Source: Anaeromyxobacteraceae bacterium
GTDB lineage: Bacteria > Myxococcota > Myxococcia > Myxococcales > Anaeromyxobacteraceae
DNA length: 64,000 bases
Assembly: GCA_032654565.1 (NCBI GenBank)
Contig: JAULAX010000009.1
Span: 192,001-256,000, forward strand
Direction of reading: 5' to 3'
Both the position numbers and the translations under genes were made by a program. Shown here piece by piece: positions 21,480 to 31,076 of the stretch. Under the pieces are notes generated by a model. It saw only the letters and a list, made by a program, of their open reading frames with translations. It was not told where the DNA came from and ran no database searches. Each line of letters starts with the position of its first letter. Positions within the stretch are counted from its first letter, which is position 1.

Positions 21480-21920
21480 ATGGACTTCTTCTCTGCCCTC
21501 CGCATCAGCGCCACCGGCCTCTCGGCCGAGCGGGTCCGCGTCAACCTGGCCTCCTCCAACCTGGCCAACGCCGAGTCGACGCGCGGCCCCAACGGCCTGC
21601 CGTACCGCCGCCTCGATCCGGTCCTCGAGGCCACGCCGTTCGAGGGGGCGCTGGGCGCCGCCGGTGGCCTCGACACCGGCGGTGGCGGTCCGGCCGGCGT
21701 CCGGGTCGCCCGCATCGTCGAGGACCCCGGCGCCGGGAAGCGGGTCTTCAACCCGGCGCACCCGGACGCCAGCGACGACGGCTACGTGACCCTCCCCAAC
21801 GTCAACCCCATCCACGAGATCGTCAACCTGATCTCGGCCCAGAAGGCCTACGACGCCAACGCCAGCGCCGTGGACACGCTCAAGAGCATGGCCGCACGCG
21901 CGCTCGACATCGCGAGGTGA
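21480..21920 (+). CDS. flgC: Flagellar basal-body rod protein FlgC
   Basis: ISATGLSAER..NLANAESTR; PAHPDA..GYVTLPNVN. Confidence 0.95.
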   Translation: MDFFSALRISATGLSAERVRVNLASSNLANAESTRGPNGLPYRRLDPVLEATPFEGALGAAGGLDTGGGGPAGVRVARIVEDPGAGKRVFNPAHPDASDDGYVTLPNVNPIHEIVNLISAQKAYDANASAVDTLKSMAARALDIAR

Positions 21921-21922
21921 CC

Positions 21923-22213
21923 GTGAACGCCATCCAGCCAGTCCAGGTCTCGATCCCCTCCTCCGGCGAGGCCGGCAGCTCGCCCCAGCTGAAGGGCGCC
22001 AGCTTCGCCGACGAGCTGGGGCGGGCCCTGGGTGCCGTCGAGCGGTCCCAGCTCGACGCCGACCTCCAGGCGAGCCGGACCGCCCTCGGGGGCGGCAACC
22101 TCCACGAGACCGCCATCGCGCTCGAGGAGGCCGACATCTCGATGCGGGTGGCGACCAAGGTCAGGAACAAGCTGGTCGAGGCCTACCAGGAAGTCATGCG
22201 GATGAGCGTCTAA
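21923..22213 (+). CDS. fliE: Hook-basal body protein FliE
   Basis: KVRNKLVEAYQEVMRMSV C-terminus; position after flgC. Confidence 0.92.
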   Translation: MNAIQPVQVSIPSSGEAGSSPQLKGASFADELGRALGAVERSQLDADLQASRTALGGGNLHETAIALEEADISMRVATKVRNKLVEAYQEVMRMSV

Positions 22214-22244
22214 CCCCAGGCCCGCCTCCCAGGCACCCCAGACC

Positions 22245-23834
22245 ATGGAACCCGTCCTCCAGCAGCTCCGCAGGCTCCCAGAGCAGTTCAGCGCCCTGCC
22301 CGGCGCGGTGCGCGTCGTCCTCTTCGTGGCGGCCCTCACCGGGATCGGTGTCGCCGCCTGGAACGCGGTCCAGGGCAGCGAGAGCTGGCCCTACGCCTTC
22401 ACCAACCTCACGCCGGAGGATTCCTCGGAGGCCGCCGGCGCGCTCAAGACCGCCCAGATCCCCTTCCGGCTCGACGCCGGGGGCACGGCGCTCGCCGTCC
22501 CGGCCGCCAAGGTGTACGACGCCAGGCTCCTGCTGGCGGGGGCCGGCCTGCCGCGCGGCGGGGGCGTCGGCTTCGAGATCTTCGACCGCGGCGACCTCGG
22601 CGTCTCCGACTTCACGCAGCGTGTCAACCTGCGGCGCGCCACCGAGGGTGAGCTGGCGCGCACCATCGGCCGCCTCGCCCAGGTCCGATCGGCCCGCGTC
22701 CACCTCACCCTGCCGGACAAGGGGCTCTTCCGCGACGAGGACCGCAAGGCCACCGCCGCGGTGGTGCTCGGTCTGCAGCCGGGCCGCCACCTCGAGGACC
22801 GCGAGATCGCCGGCGTGCGCCACCTCGTCGCCTCGGCGGTCCCCGGGCTGTCGCCGTCGCTGGTCACGGTGGTGGACGGTCGCGGCACCATCCTGGCCGC
22901 CGACTCGGCGTGGAACGAGGCCCAGGGCTGGCAGAAGCATCTCGAGACCGACCTGGAGCGCCGCGTCGTCGACATCCTCGAGCAGGCGGTCGGGAACGGG
23001 GCGGTGGTGGCGCGCGTGTCCGCCACCGTGGACGCCTCCGAGGTCTCGACACAGAGCGAGCTGGTCGACCCCGACGCCACCGCCCTGAAGAGCGAGCGGC
23101 GCCAGTCGGCCAACCAGAGCCAGGACTCCTCCTCGCTCCAGGGCGTGGCCGGAGCCGCGGCCAACCAGCCCCAGCCGCCACAGGCCGTGGCGCAGGGGCC
23201 CGTCAACAAGGGCACCTCGACCTCGCAGGACGAGGTCAAGAACTACGAGGTCTCCCGCACCACCACCCGCACCGTCACCAGGATCCCGCGCCTGCGCCGC
23301 CTCTCGGTGGCGGTGCTGCTCGACGGCGTGGGCGGAAAGGCCCGCCCCGACGCCGAGGTGGCGCGGCTGGGCGAGCTGGCGAAGCGCGCCGTCGGCTTCG
23401 ACGAGGCGCGCGGGGACGTGCTCGACATCTCCAGCTCGCCCTTCGCGCGCGGCGCCGAGACCGAGACCACCGCCGCCGCCTCCGCCGCCGCCCCTGGTCC
23501 CATCCCCGAGCGATGGATCTGGATCGGGGCCGCCGCCGCCGCCCTGGCGCTCCTGATCCTGCTCGGGGCCATCCTGCGCCGGGTCCTCCGCCGCCGCGAT
23601 CGGCCCCAGGACTTCGAGACCGGTCACCACCTCCCCGAGCACCTCGGCGCCGCCGGTGCCCTGCCGCCCGGGATGAACGCCCCCGCCGGCGCCCTCCCCG
23701 CCGCGCCCTTCGACCCGGCCAGGGCGGTGCGGGAGCGCGCCCGGGCGCTGGCCGAGCACGACCCGAACCGGGCCGCCCACATCCTGAAGGGCTGGATGCA
23801 GAACGACGTCCCGGCCGGGGGTTCCCATGTCTGA
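22245..23834 (+). CDS. fliF: MS-ring protein FliF
   Basis: GFEIFD, EGELARTI, ARVHL, HLVASAVPGL; two TM segments. Confidence 0.95.
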   Translation: MEPVLQQLRRLPEQFSALPGAVRVVLFVAALTGIGVAAWNAVQGSESWPYAFTNLTPEDSSEAAGALKTAQIPFRLDAGGTALAVPAAKVYDARLLLAGAGLPRGGGVGFEIFDRGDLGVSDFTQRVNLRRATEGELARTIGRLAQVRSARVHLTLPDKGLFRDEDRKATAAVVLGLQPGRHLEDREIAGVRHLVASAVPGLSPSLVTVVDGRGTILAADSAWNEAQGWQKHLETDLERRVVDILEQAVGNGAVVARVSATVDASEVSTQSELVDPDATALKSERRQSANQSQDSSSLQGVAGAAANQPQPPQAVAQGPVNKGTSTSQDEVKNYEVSRTTTRTVTRIPRLRRLSVAVLLDGVGGKARPDAEVARLGELAKRAVGFDEARGDVLDISSSPFARGAETETTAAASAAAPGPIPERWIWIGAAAAALALLILLGAILRRVLRRRDRPQDFETGHHLPEHLGAAGALPPGMNAPAGALPAAPFDPARAVRERARALAEHDPNRAAHILKGWMQNDVPAGGSHV

Positions 23835-24864
23835 CCCGGGCCTCGCCACCGCCATGCCTGCCGACGAGCCGGTCGGCCAGGGCTCCCTGCGCGCCGCCGC
23901 CGTGCTGCTCGGCCTCGGGCCCGAGATGGCCGCCAGCATCTTCTGCCAGCTCGGCGAGGGCGAGGTCCGCCGCGTGGCGCTCGGCGCCAAGGGGCTGCGC
24001 AAGTCGAGCGCGGCCGCGGTCCCCGAGGCGCTCGACGCCTTCGTGGCCGCGATGCAGTCGGTGGGCGGCGACGCCGGCGCCGGCGACGACGTGCTCCGCG
24101 ACATCGCCACCCGCGCCCTCGGCCACGAGTCGGCCCGCCGCGCCTTCGACGGGATCATGCCTCCGCCGCCGCCCGACGAGGTGCTCGGCCCGGTCTCGCA
24201 GGCCGACCCGGAGTCGCTCTCGATGGTGCTGCAGCTCGAGCAGCCCCAGACCATCGCCCTGGTCCTCTCCGCGCTGGAGCCCTGGCGCGCCGTGGCGGTG
24301 ATCGGGCACCTCCCGGAGGAGCTCCGCCACGGCGTGCTCCGCCGGATGGCCACCATCGAGTCGGTCGCCCCCGAGATCCTGCGAGACGTCGGGCAGGCCC
24401 TCTCGATCGAGCTCAAGGCCCTGGTGGCCGGCGGCATGCGCAAGGTGGACGGCAAGAGCACCGCGCTCGAGATCCTGCGCCGCTCGACGCCGGACGACCA
24501 GGCCACCGTCATCGCCGAGATCGAGCGGGACGACCCGGCGCTGGCCATGGAGCTGCGCGGCCAGCTCTTCACCTTCGGCGACGTGGTCACCCTCGCCGAC
24601 CGCGACCTCCAGGTCCTGCTCCGGGACATCGACAGCAGCAAGCTGGTGCTGGCGCTGCGCGGCGCCACCACCGAGGTGCGGGAGAAGCTGCTCGGCAACC
24701 TCTCGGCTCGCGCCGCCGAGATGATCAACGACGACCTCGCGGCCATGGGTCCCATCAAGCTCTCCCTGGTGGAGGCCGCCCAGGGGGAGATCGCCAAGCT
24801 CGCCCAGGAGCTGGGCCAGCAGGGGCGCATCACCATCCTCAACGGCTCAGAGAAGGTCGTGTAG
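23827..24864 (+). CDS. fliG: Motor switch protein FliG
   Basis: AAAVLLGLG, EQPQTIALVLS, LFTFGD, NLSARAAEM. Confidence 0.95.
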   Translation: MSDPGLATAMPADEPVGQGSLRAAAVLLGLGPEMAASIFCQLGEGEVRRVALGAKGLRKSSAAAVPEALDAFVAAMQSVGGDAGAGDDVLRDIATRALGHESARRAFDGIMPPPPPDEVLGPVSQADPESLSMVLQLEQPQTIALVLSALEPWRAVAVIGHLPEELRHGVLRRMATIESVAPEILRDVGQALSIELKALVAGGMRKVDGKSTALEILRRSTPDDQATVIAEIERDDPALAMELRGQLFTFGDVVTLADRDLQVLLRDIDSSKLVLALRGATTEVREKLLGNLSARAAEMINDDLAAMGPIKLSLVEAAQGEIAKLAQELGQQGRITILNGSEKVV

Positions 24865-24870
24865 ACCACC

Positions 24871-25485
24871 ATGGCCCAGCGCGAGACCCGAGCCCCACTC
24901 TTCCTCAAGTCGACCACGCCGCGATCCCACGTCGAGCCGTGCACCTTCGCGCCAGGCCCCGCCGCCATCGGCCTGGCCCCCGCACCCGCGGCCGAGCCCG
25001 CGCCCCAGGCTCCGCCCCCGGCCCCGGCCGCCGACGCCGGGCAGGTCCGCCGGGAGGCCATGGAGCGGGTCGCCGACGCGGTCCGCACCCTGAGCCTGGA
25101 GGCCGAGCGGGTCGCCGAGCAGGCTCGCGGAGATGCCATCGAGATCGGCTTCCAGGTCGCCAGCCGCATCCTCGAGATGGAGGTCAAGGCGAACCCCGAG
25201 GCGCTCTTCGCGCTGGTCCGGTCGGCGCTGCGCAAGGCCGGAGACTCGCGGCGGGTGGTGGTGCGGCTGGCGCCGGGCGACGCCGCCGTGCTCGACACCG
25301 ACCGGACCCGCCTCAACGAGGGGGCGCTCGCCTCCGCCCGTGTCGAGGTGCTCCCGGACGCCGCCCTCCTTCCCGGGGACTGCCTGGTGGAGACCGACTT
25401 CGGCCAGATCGACGGCCGGCTCGCCACCCGGCTCTCCGAGGCCAGGCGCGCCGTCAAGGCCGCCCTCGAGGGGGGCGCCGCGTGA
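24871..25485 (+). CDS. fliH: Export protein FliH
   Basis: PGDCLVETDFGQIDG C-terminus; lies between fliG and fliI. Confidence 0.85.
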   Translation: MAQRETRAPLFLKSTTPRSHVEPCTFAPGPAAIGLAPAPAAEPAPQAPPPAPAADAGQVRREAMERVADAVRTLSLEAERVAEQARGDAIEIGFQVASRILEMEVKANPEALFALVRSALRKAGDSRRVVVRLAPGDAAVLDTDRTRLNEGALASARVEVLPDAALLPGDCLVETDFGQIDGRLATRLSEARRAVKAALEGGAA

Positions 25486-26816
25486 TGGCCCGGGACATGG
25501 AGGCCATCCGGTGCTCCCTGGCCGAGATGGACCCGGTCCCGCTCACCGGGATGGTCCAGCGCGCCACCGGCCTGGTCGTCGAGGCCTCGCTGCCCGGGGT
25601 CCCGGTCGGCACGGTCTGCGAGATCGTCGCCCGCGACGGCTCCATCGTCCTCTCCGAGGTGGTCGGCTTCGTCGGCTCGACGGCCCGGCTCATGGCCCTC
25701 TCCGACATCCACGGGGTCGGCGAGGGGTGCGCGGTGGTGCCGCGCGCCGCCGCCGGGCACGTCCCGGTGGGCGCCGCCCTGCTCGGCCGGGTGGTCGACG
25801 CCTCGCTCCGCCCGCTCGACCAGGGTCCGGTCCCCCTGCTGCGAGAGCGCGCCGAGCTCCACGGGCTGCCGCCCCCGGCCATGTCGCGCCGGAGGGTGAG
25901 CCACCCGCTCTGCCTCGGCCTCCGGTCGATCGACGCCTTCCTGACCGTCGGCGAGGGCCAGCGCATGGCCGTGCTGGCCGGCCCTGGCGTCGGGAAGAGC
26001 GTGCTGCTCGGCATGCTGGCCCGCTCCGCCCAGGCCGACGTCGTGGTGGTCGGCCTGATCGGCGAGCGCGGCCGCGAGGTGCGCGAGTTCATCGAGCGGG
26101 ACCTCGGCGAGGGGCTGAAGCGTGCCGTGGTGGTCGTCTCCACCAGCGACGAGTCCCCGGTGAAGCGGCTGCGCGCCGCCTTCGTGACCACCGCCGTCGC
26201 CGAGCACTTCCGGGCCCATGGGAAGCGGGTGCTGCTCCTCGTCGACTCCCTCTCCCGGATCGCCATGGCGCAGCGCGAGATCGGCCTGGCCGCCGGTGAG
26301 CCTCCCACCACCAAGGGCTACCCGCCGTCGACCTTCGCCCTCGTCCCGCGGCTGGTGGAGCGGGCGGGCAACGACAGCGGGGTGGGGAGCATCACCGCCT
26401 TCTACACGGTCCTCGCCGAGGGCGACGACCAGGCCGACCCCATCGTCGACGTCGCCAAGGCGACGCTGGACGGCCACATCGTCCTCTCCCGCAAGCTGGC
26501 CGAGATGGGCCAGTTCCCCGCCGTCGACATCCTCGCCAGCGTCTCCAGGGTCATGACCGACATCGTCCCGCCGGGGCACCTCGACCTGGCCAGGCAGGGG
26601 CGCGAGGTGGTCGCCGCCTACCGCGAGGCGGCCGACCTCATCGAGGTTGGCGCCTACGTCCACGGCTCGAACCCCCGGGTCGACAAGGCGATCGCCTGCA
26701 TCCACGGGCTCGAGGCCTTCTGCCGGCAGGGACCGGCCGACCGCTCCCTGATCGATGAGACCCTGGGCCGCCTGCGCGGCCTGCTCGCCACCCCGCATGA
26801 GGCGCGCCATGCTTGA
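25485..26816 (+). CDS. fliI: Flagellar export ATPase FliI
   Basis: GPGVGKS, LIGERGREV, DSLSRIAMAQREIGLAAGEPP, GSITAFYTVL. Confidence 0.96.
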   Translation: MARDMEAIRCSLAEMDPVPLTGMVQRATGLVVEASLPGVPVGTVCEIVARDGSIVLSEVVGFVGSTARLMALSDIHGVGEGCAVVPRAAAGHVPVGAALLGRVVDASLRPLDQGPVPLLRERAELHGLPPPAMSRRRVSHPLCLGLRSIDAFLTVGEGQRMAVLAGPGVGKSVLLGMLARSAQADVVVVGLIGERGREVREFIERDLGEGLKRAVVVVSTSDESPVKRLRAAFVTTAVAEHFRAHGKRVLLLVDSLSRIAMAQREIGLAAGEPPTTKGYPPSTFALVPRLVERAGNDSGVGSITAFYTVLAEGDDQADPIVDVAKATLDGHIVLSRKLAEMGQFPAVDILASVSRVMTDIVPPGHLDLARQGREVVAAYREAADLIEVGAYVHGSNPRVDKAIACIHGLEAFCRQGPADRSLIDETLGRLRGLLATPHEARHA

Positions 26817-27612
26817 CCTGCTCCTCGCCGCGCTCCTCGCCACCAGCTCGCCGGAGGGGCCGGTGGCCCCAAGCCACCCGACCGCCCCGGAGATCCCCGA
26901 AGCCCTGCCGCCCGGCGGATCCGGCCACGCGCCTGGGTCGGTCACGCCGATGCCTCCCTCCCCCGCCACCGCTCCGGCCGCGTCGGCCCCCGCGCCGCAG
27001 CCATCCGCGGCGCCGCCGGAACTCCCGGCCAAGGGCCCACGGGCCGGGGTGGCGCCGAAGCCGGCGGCCACCACGGCGCCGGCCGCCCCCGCCTCGGAGG
27101 ACCCGGTCCCGCCGGCGGTGCCCCCGTCGGCCGCGGTCAAGGCCTTCCTCGACGAGGTCGGGACCGCCAGCCGTGACCAGCGCGCGGCGCGGCTGCGCAA
27201 CGAGCAGGAGCGGGCCCGCCTCGAGAAGCTGGCCAGGGAGATCGCCGAGGCCCGGGCCGCCATGCGGGTCGAGACCGCGAAGCTGGAGACCCTGGCCCAG
27301 AAGGTCGCCGCGCGTCCCCCGCCGGCGCCAGAGGCGCCGTCCGCGCCTCCGCCCGACGCGGCGGCGCAGGCGGCCGCGGCGACCTCTGCGGCCCAGGCCG
27401 CGACGCAGGCGCGTGAGTCGCTGGCCAAGACCCTGAAGGGCATGCGCCCGGAGCGCGCCGCCGATCTCGTCTCCCGGCTCGAGCCTTCACTGGCCGTATC
27501 ATTGCTGAGCCGGTCGAAGCCGGGGGACGTGGCCGCGATCCTCGAGAAGCTCAAGCCGGAGACCGCCGCGGACCTGGTGGCCAGGCTGGCGTCGGCGAAG
27601 GTGGTCCGATGA
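26809..27612 (+). CDS. MotE/FlbB(YlxF)-like flagellar protein with Pro/Ala-rich linker
   Basis: Signal peptide/anchor, coiled coil, C-terminal LAKTLKGMRPERAADLV...AAILEKLKPETAADL (MgtE-N/FliG-C-like repeat). Confidence 0.7.
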   Translation: MLDLLLAALLATSSPEGPVAPSHPTAPEIPEALPPGGSGHAPGSVTPMPPSPATAPAASAPAPQPSAAPPELPAKGPRAGVAPKPAATTAPAAPASEDPVPPAVPPSAAVKAFLDEVGTASRDQRAARLRNEQERARLEKLAREIAEARAAMRVETAKLETLAQKVAARPPPAPEAPSAPPPDAAAQAAAATSAAQAATQARESLAKTLKGMRPERAADLVSRLEPSLAVSLLSRSKPGDVAAILEKLKPETAADLVARLASAKVVR

Positions 27613-28760
27613 CCGCCCTGGGCGTCGAGGCCGGGCTGCCGGGCGCCACCGGGAGCGAGCGCCCTGAGGCCAAGCCCCCTCCCGCGCGCGCCAGGCGCCG
27701 TGGCACGGAGGCCGCCGAGGAGACCGCGGGCGGCGCCACCGGCTTCGAGAAGGCCATGCGGCGCGAGGCCCTCCGCACGGCCGACCGGATCGAGCCCCCC
27801 GCCGAGGGGTTCGCCCCCTTCGCGCGCCCTGCGCCGTCGTCGCCCGCTGCGGCTCCCGGCGAGACCGAGGCTGCCGAACCCACGCCCCGGCACCAGGGCG
27901 AGGAGCGCCCGGCCCGGGTCCGGCCCGGGAGCGCGGGACGTTCCGCGCCCGAGCCTGGTCCGGGGGCCCTCCTCCAGGCCGCCGCGGCAGGCGCAGGCCT
28001 CGCGCCGCGCCAGGCCACCGCGCCCGGGGCCGGGCCGGGTGGAGCCGAGGTCTCCCACCGGTCCGGCACGGTTGCCGGCAGCACCCACCCGGAGCTGGAA
28101 GGCGCCGAGTCCTCCGCCGGACCCCAGGGCACGGAGGAGGCCCGCCGGCCGCTCCACGAGGCCGCCGGCCCGGTCCCGGGCTGGAAGGCGCCGGCGCTTC
28201 CCTCCTCGGCGGCGTCCGACGGCTCCAGCGCCACCGCGCCCTCCACCTCGGCCCGATCGGTCGGTGGCGCCGCGACGGCGGGAGCCCCCACCCCGGGGCA
28301 CTCCGTCGACCTGCGGGCGCAGGACGGGGCCGGCGTGACCGGCGCCATCCTCCAGAGCGCGGCCCACCTTCGCATCGAGGGGGTCCCCGGCGGGATCGGC
28401 GACATCGAGCTCCACCTGCGGGTGCGCGGCGACGTCACCCACGTCCGCATCGACGGCGAGGCCGGGCGCATCGCCTCGCTGAACGCGCCCGAGCTCGCGA
28501 CCGCCCTCGCCTCCGCCGGCCTCTCGCTCGGCCGCCTCGACACCCCTCCCGTCGCGGCGCCGTCGGCCGCCACCCCGTCCGGCGCCTTCGGCCAGCGCTC
28601 CGGTGGCGACCCCGGGGCGAACCACTCCCAGTCGCAGTCCCAGGGGCAGCCGGAGCCCCACCTGCCGGGCCAGCCGCCGCCCTCGCACCAGCCCAGGTCC
28701 ACCCGCGACGCCTCGGGGCGCAGCACCACCCGCGGCGGCCGCGTTCACGTCGAAGCCTAG
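27609..28760 (+). CDS. fliK: Hook-length control protein FliK-like
   Basis: Long low-complexity N-terminus, compact C-terminal domain (GDIELHLRV...LATALASAGLSL), directly upstream of flgD. Confidence 0.7.
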   Translation: MTALGVEAGLPGATGSERPEAKPPPARARRRGTEAAEETAGGATGFEKAMRREALRTADRIEPPAEGFAPFARPAPSSPAAAPGETEAAEPTPRHQGEERPARVRPGSAGRSAPEPGPGALLQAAAAGAGLAPRQATAPGAGPGGAEVSHRSGTVAGSTHPELEGAESSAGPQGTEEARRPLHEAAGPVPGWKAPALPSSAASDGSSATAPSTSARSVGGAATAGAPTPGHSVDLRAQDGAGVTGAILQSAAHLRIEGVPGGIGDIELHLRVRGDVTHVRIDGEAGRIASLNAPELATALASAGLSLGRLDTPPVAAPSAATPSGAFGQRSGGDPGANHSQSQSQGQPEPHLPGQPPPSHQPRSTRDASGRSTTRGGRVHVEA

Positions 28761-28768
28761 GAGGCGTC

Positions 28769-29446
28769 ATGCAGACCAACACCATCACCCAGGCGACCGG
28801 CTCCCCGAGCGACACGCCGTCCACCACCGCCACCAACCAGCTCGGCAAGGACCAGTTCCTCAGGCTGCTGCTGGCCCAGCTCGCCAACCAGGACCCGACC
28901 AAGCCCGTCGACAACCAGGCCTTCATCGCCCAGCTCGCCCAGTTCTCGTCGCTGGAGCAGCTCCAGGCCGTCGGGAAGAAGCTCGACATGATGACCGTCG
29001 CCCAGGCCTCCTCGAACCAGCTCCAGGTCACCGGCCTGGTCGGCAAGGAGGTGGTCTTCAGGACCGACGTCCTCCACCTGGAGGGGAAGCCACTCACCCT
29101 CCAGGGGAACCTCTCCGGGCGGGCCGACAGCGTGGTGGCCGTCGTCACCGACTCCAACGGCAAGGTGGTGCGCACCATGGCGCTCGGCGCCCGCGACGCC
29201 GGGCCCTTCGACTTCACCTGGGATGGCCGGGACGACTCGGGCTCGACGCTGCCTCCGGGCGACTACCACGTCGCCATCACCGCCGGCCGCGTCGATGGCT
29301 CTCCCGTGGAGGCCGAGCTCCGCAGCCGCGGCACCGTCGACTCGGTGATCTTCGACTCCACCACGCCGGTGCTCATGGTGGGCACCCAGCGCGTGAACCT
29401 CTCCGACGTCTCGGCCGTCTCCGAGCCGCCGCACCCCGTCAACTAG
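28769..29446 (+). CDS. flgD: Hook capping protein FlgD
   Basis: LGKDQFLRLLLAQLANQDPTKP, AQFSSLEQ, FTWDGRD. Confidence 0.95.
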   Translation: MQTNTITQATGSPSDTPSTTATNQLGKDQFLRLLLAQLANQDPTKPVDNQAFIAQLAQFSSLEQLQAVGKKLDMMTVAQASSNQLQVTGLVGKEVVFRTDVLHLEGKPLTLQGNLSGRADSVVAVVTDSNGKVVRTMALGARDAGPFDFTWDGRDDSGSTLPPGDYHVAITAGRVDGSPVEAELRSRGTVDSVIFDSTTPVLMVGTQRVNLSDVSAVSEPPHPVN

Positions 29447-29486
29447 CCGGTTCACCTCCTCGCACCCGCTGCAGAAAGGAAGCGCC

Positions 29487-30773
29487 ATGGGCCTCCTCAC
29501 CTCGATGTCCTCCGCGGTCTCGGGAATCCAGTCCGCCAGCGCAGAGCTCTCGGTCATCAGCGACAACATCGCCAACGCCGGCACGGTGGGCTTCAAGGCC
29601 GAGCGCGCGGCCTTCGAGGACGCGCTCTACCAGTCGGTGCTGGGCGGCGGCGGGCAGATCGGCCTCGGCTCCCGCCTCGAGGCCGTGCAGAAGATCCTCA
29701 CCCAGGGGGCCCTGACCTCGACCGGCCTCAACACCGACCTGGCGCTCCAGGGGAAGGGCTTCTTCATCGTCCACGGGTCGTACGGCGGGGAGGTCGGCGA
29801 GTTCTACACCCGCGCCGGGCAGACCACCTTCGACAAGGACGGGTACCTCGTCAACCTCCAGGGGCTCCGGGTGCAGGGCTTCCCCGCTGACGCCACCGGC
29901 GCCATCTCCACGGTCCCGGGCGACCTGCTGGTCGGGAACGCCCAGGCCGTCCCCATCGCGACCGCCAACGTGACCATGAAGGGGAACCTGAGCTCGGACG
30001 CGGTGGCGCCCGCCCTCCCGTGGGATCCCCTCAACCCGTCGACCACCTCGAACTTCTCCACCAGCGTCACCGCCTACGACTCGCTGGGGAGCCCGCACCC
30101 GGTCCAGGTCTTCTTCCGCATCACGGCGGCCGGCACCTGGGACTGGCACGCCATGACCGATGGCAATGGCTTGACCGGCGGCGCGGCCGGCGTGCTCACC
30201 GAGATCGCGGCAGGCACGCTCGCCTTCGACTCCTCGGGCGCCCTCACCACCGTCACCCAGGCCTCCAACTTCAACCCGCTCGGGGCCGTCAACCCGCAGC
30301 CGCTCACCTTCAACTTCGGCGACCCCACCGGGGCTGGGGGCACCGGCTTCTCCGGGATGACCCAGTTCGCGGCCGAGTCGGCCGCGACCTTCGTCGGCCA
30401 GGACGGGTACCCCTCGGGCACCCTCTCGGCGATCCAGGTGGAGCAGGATGGCCGGATCTCCGGCGTCTTCTCCAACGGCCAGCACCGCGTCCTCGGCCAG
30501 ATCGCGGTGGCCGACTTCCCCGCCGCGGACCAGATGCTGCGGATCGGCGGCAACCTCTACTCCGCCACCTCGGCGGCCGGCCAGCCGGTCATCGGGGCAC
30601 CCGGAGAGGGCGGGCGGGCCTCCGTCATCGCCGGCGCCCTCGAGCAGTCCAACGTCGACATCGCCGAGCAGTTCGTCCGCATGATCGCGGCCCAGCGCTA
30701 CTTCGAGGCCAACTCGAAGAGCATCACCACGGCGGACCAGCTCCTCTCGGAGCTCATCGCCATGAAGAGATAG
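29487..30773 (+). CDS. flgE: Hook protein FlgE
   Basis: NIANAGTVGFK, DLALQGKGFF, YTRAG, LEQSNVD. Confidence 0.95.
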   Translation: MGLLTSMSSAVSGIQSASAELSVISDNIANAGTVGFKAERAAFEDALYQSVLGGGGQIGLGSRLEAVQKILTQGALTSTGLNTDLALQGKGFFIVHGSYGGEVGEFYTRAGQTTFDKDGYLVNLQGLRVQGFPADATGAISTVPGDLLVGNAQAVPIATANVTMKGNLSSDAVAPALPWDPLNPSTTSNFSTSVTAYDSLGSPHPVQVFFRITAAGTWDWHAMTDGNGLTGGAAGVLTEIAAGTLAFDSSGALTTVTQASNFNPLGAVNPQPLTFNFGDPTGAGGTGFSGMTQFAAESAATFVGQDGYPSGTLSAIQVEQDGRISGVFSNGQHRVLGQIAVADFPAADQMLRIGGNLYSATSAAGQPVIGAPGEGGRASVIAGALEQSNVDIAEQFVRMIAAQRYFEANSKSITTADQLLSELIAMKR

Positions 30774-30776
30774 CGC

Positions 30777-30804
30777 TGAAGATCCTCGTCCGGCGTGACG
30801 AAGA
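30777..30804 (+). promoter_or_regulatory. Possible sigma28 promoter for flbD-motAB
   Basis: TGAAG-N15-GACGAAGA; the -10 element resembles the fliC GCCGAAGA. Confidence 0.4.
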
Positions 30805-30824
30805 GATCATGGGCGGAGGCCCCC

Positions 30825-31073
30825 ATGATCTCTCTCACTCGGCTCGACGGGAAGGACCTGGTGGTCAACGCTGACCACATCCTCACCGCCGAGCAGACCC
30901 CTGATACGGTGCTCTACCTCTCGAACGGCCAGCGCCTGATGGTGCGGGAGTCGGTCGAGGACGTGGTGGAGCGTGTGGTCGCCTACCGGCGCCGCCTGGC
31001 GGGCGGGCCGGAGGTGCGGAGAGCCGTGGTCCAGTTTCCCCGGGGCGTGCCAGACCCCCCCCAGGCGGAGTGA
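30825..31073 (+). CDS. flbD: FlbD/SwrD-family flagellar protein
   Basis: MISLTRLDG..VVNADHI...TPDT...VRESVEDV; lies upstream of motA. Confidence 0.9.
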   Translation: MISLTRLDGKDLVVNADHILTAEQTPDTVLYLSNGQRLMVRESVEDVVERVVAYRRRLAGGPEVRRAVVQFPRGVPDPPQAE

Positions 31074-31076
31074 ACC

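Noticed and set aside
22194..28748. 2184-aa minus-strand ORF, plus many other long antisense or alternate-frame ORFs (e.g. 4349-7417, 7408-10101, 11504-15295, 41427-44042)
   Set aside because: They shadow well-supported genes, are Arg/Gly/Pro/Ala-rich without motifs, and are expected from stop-codon scarcity at this GC content.
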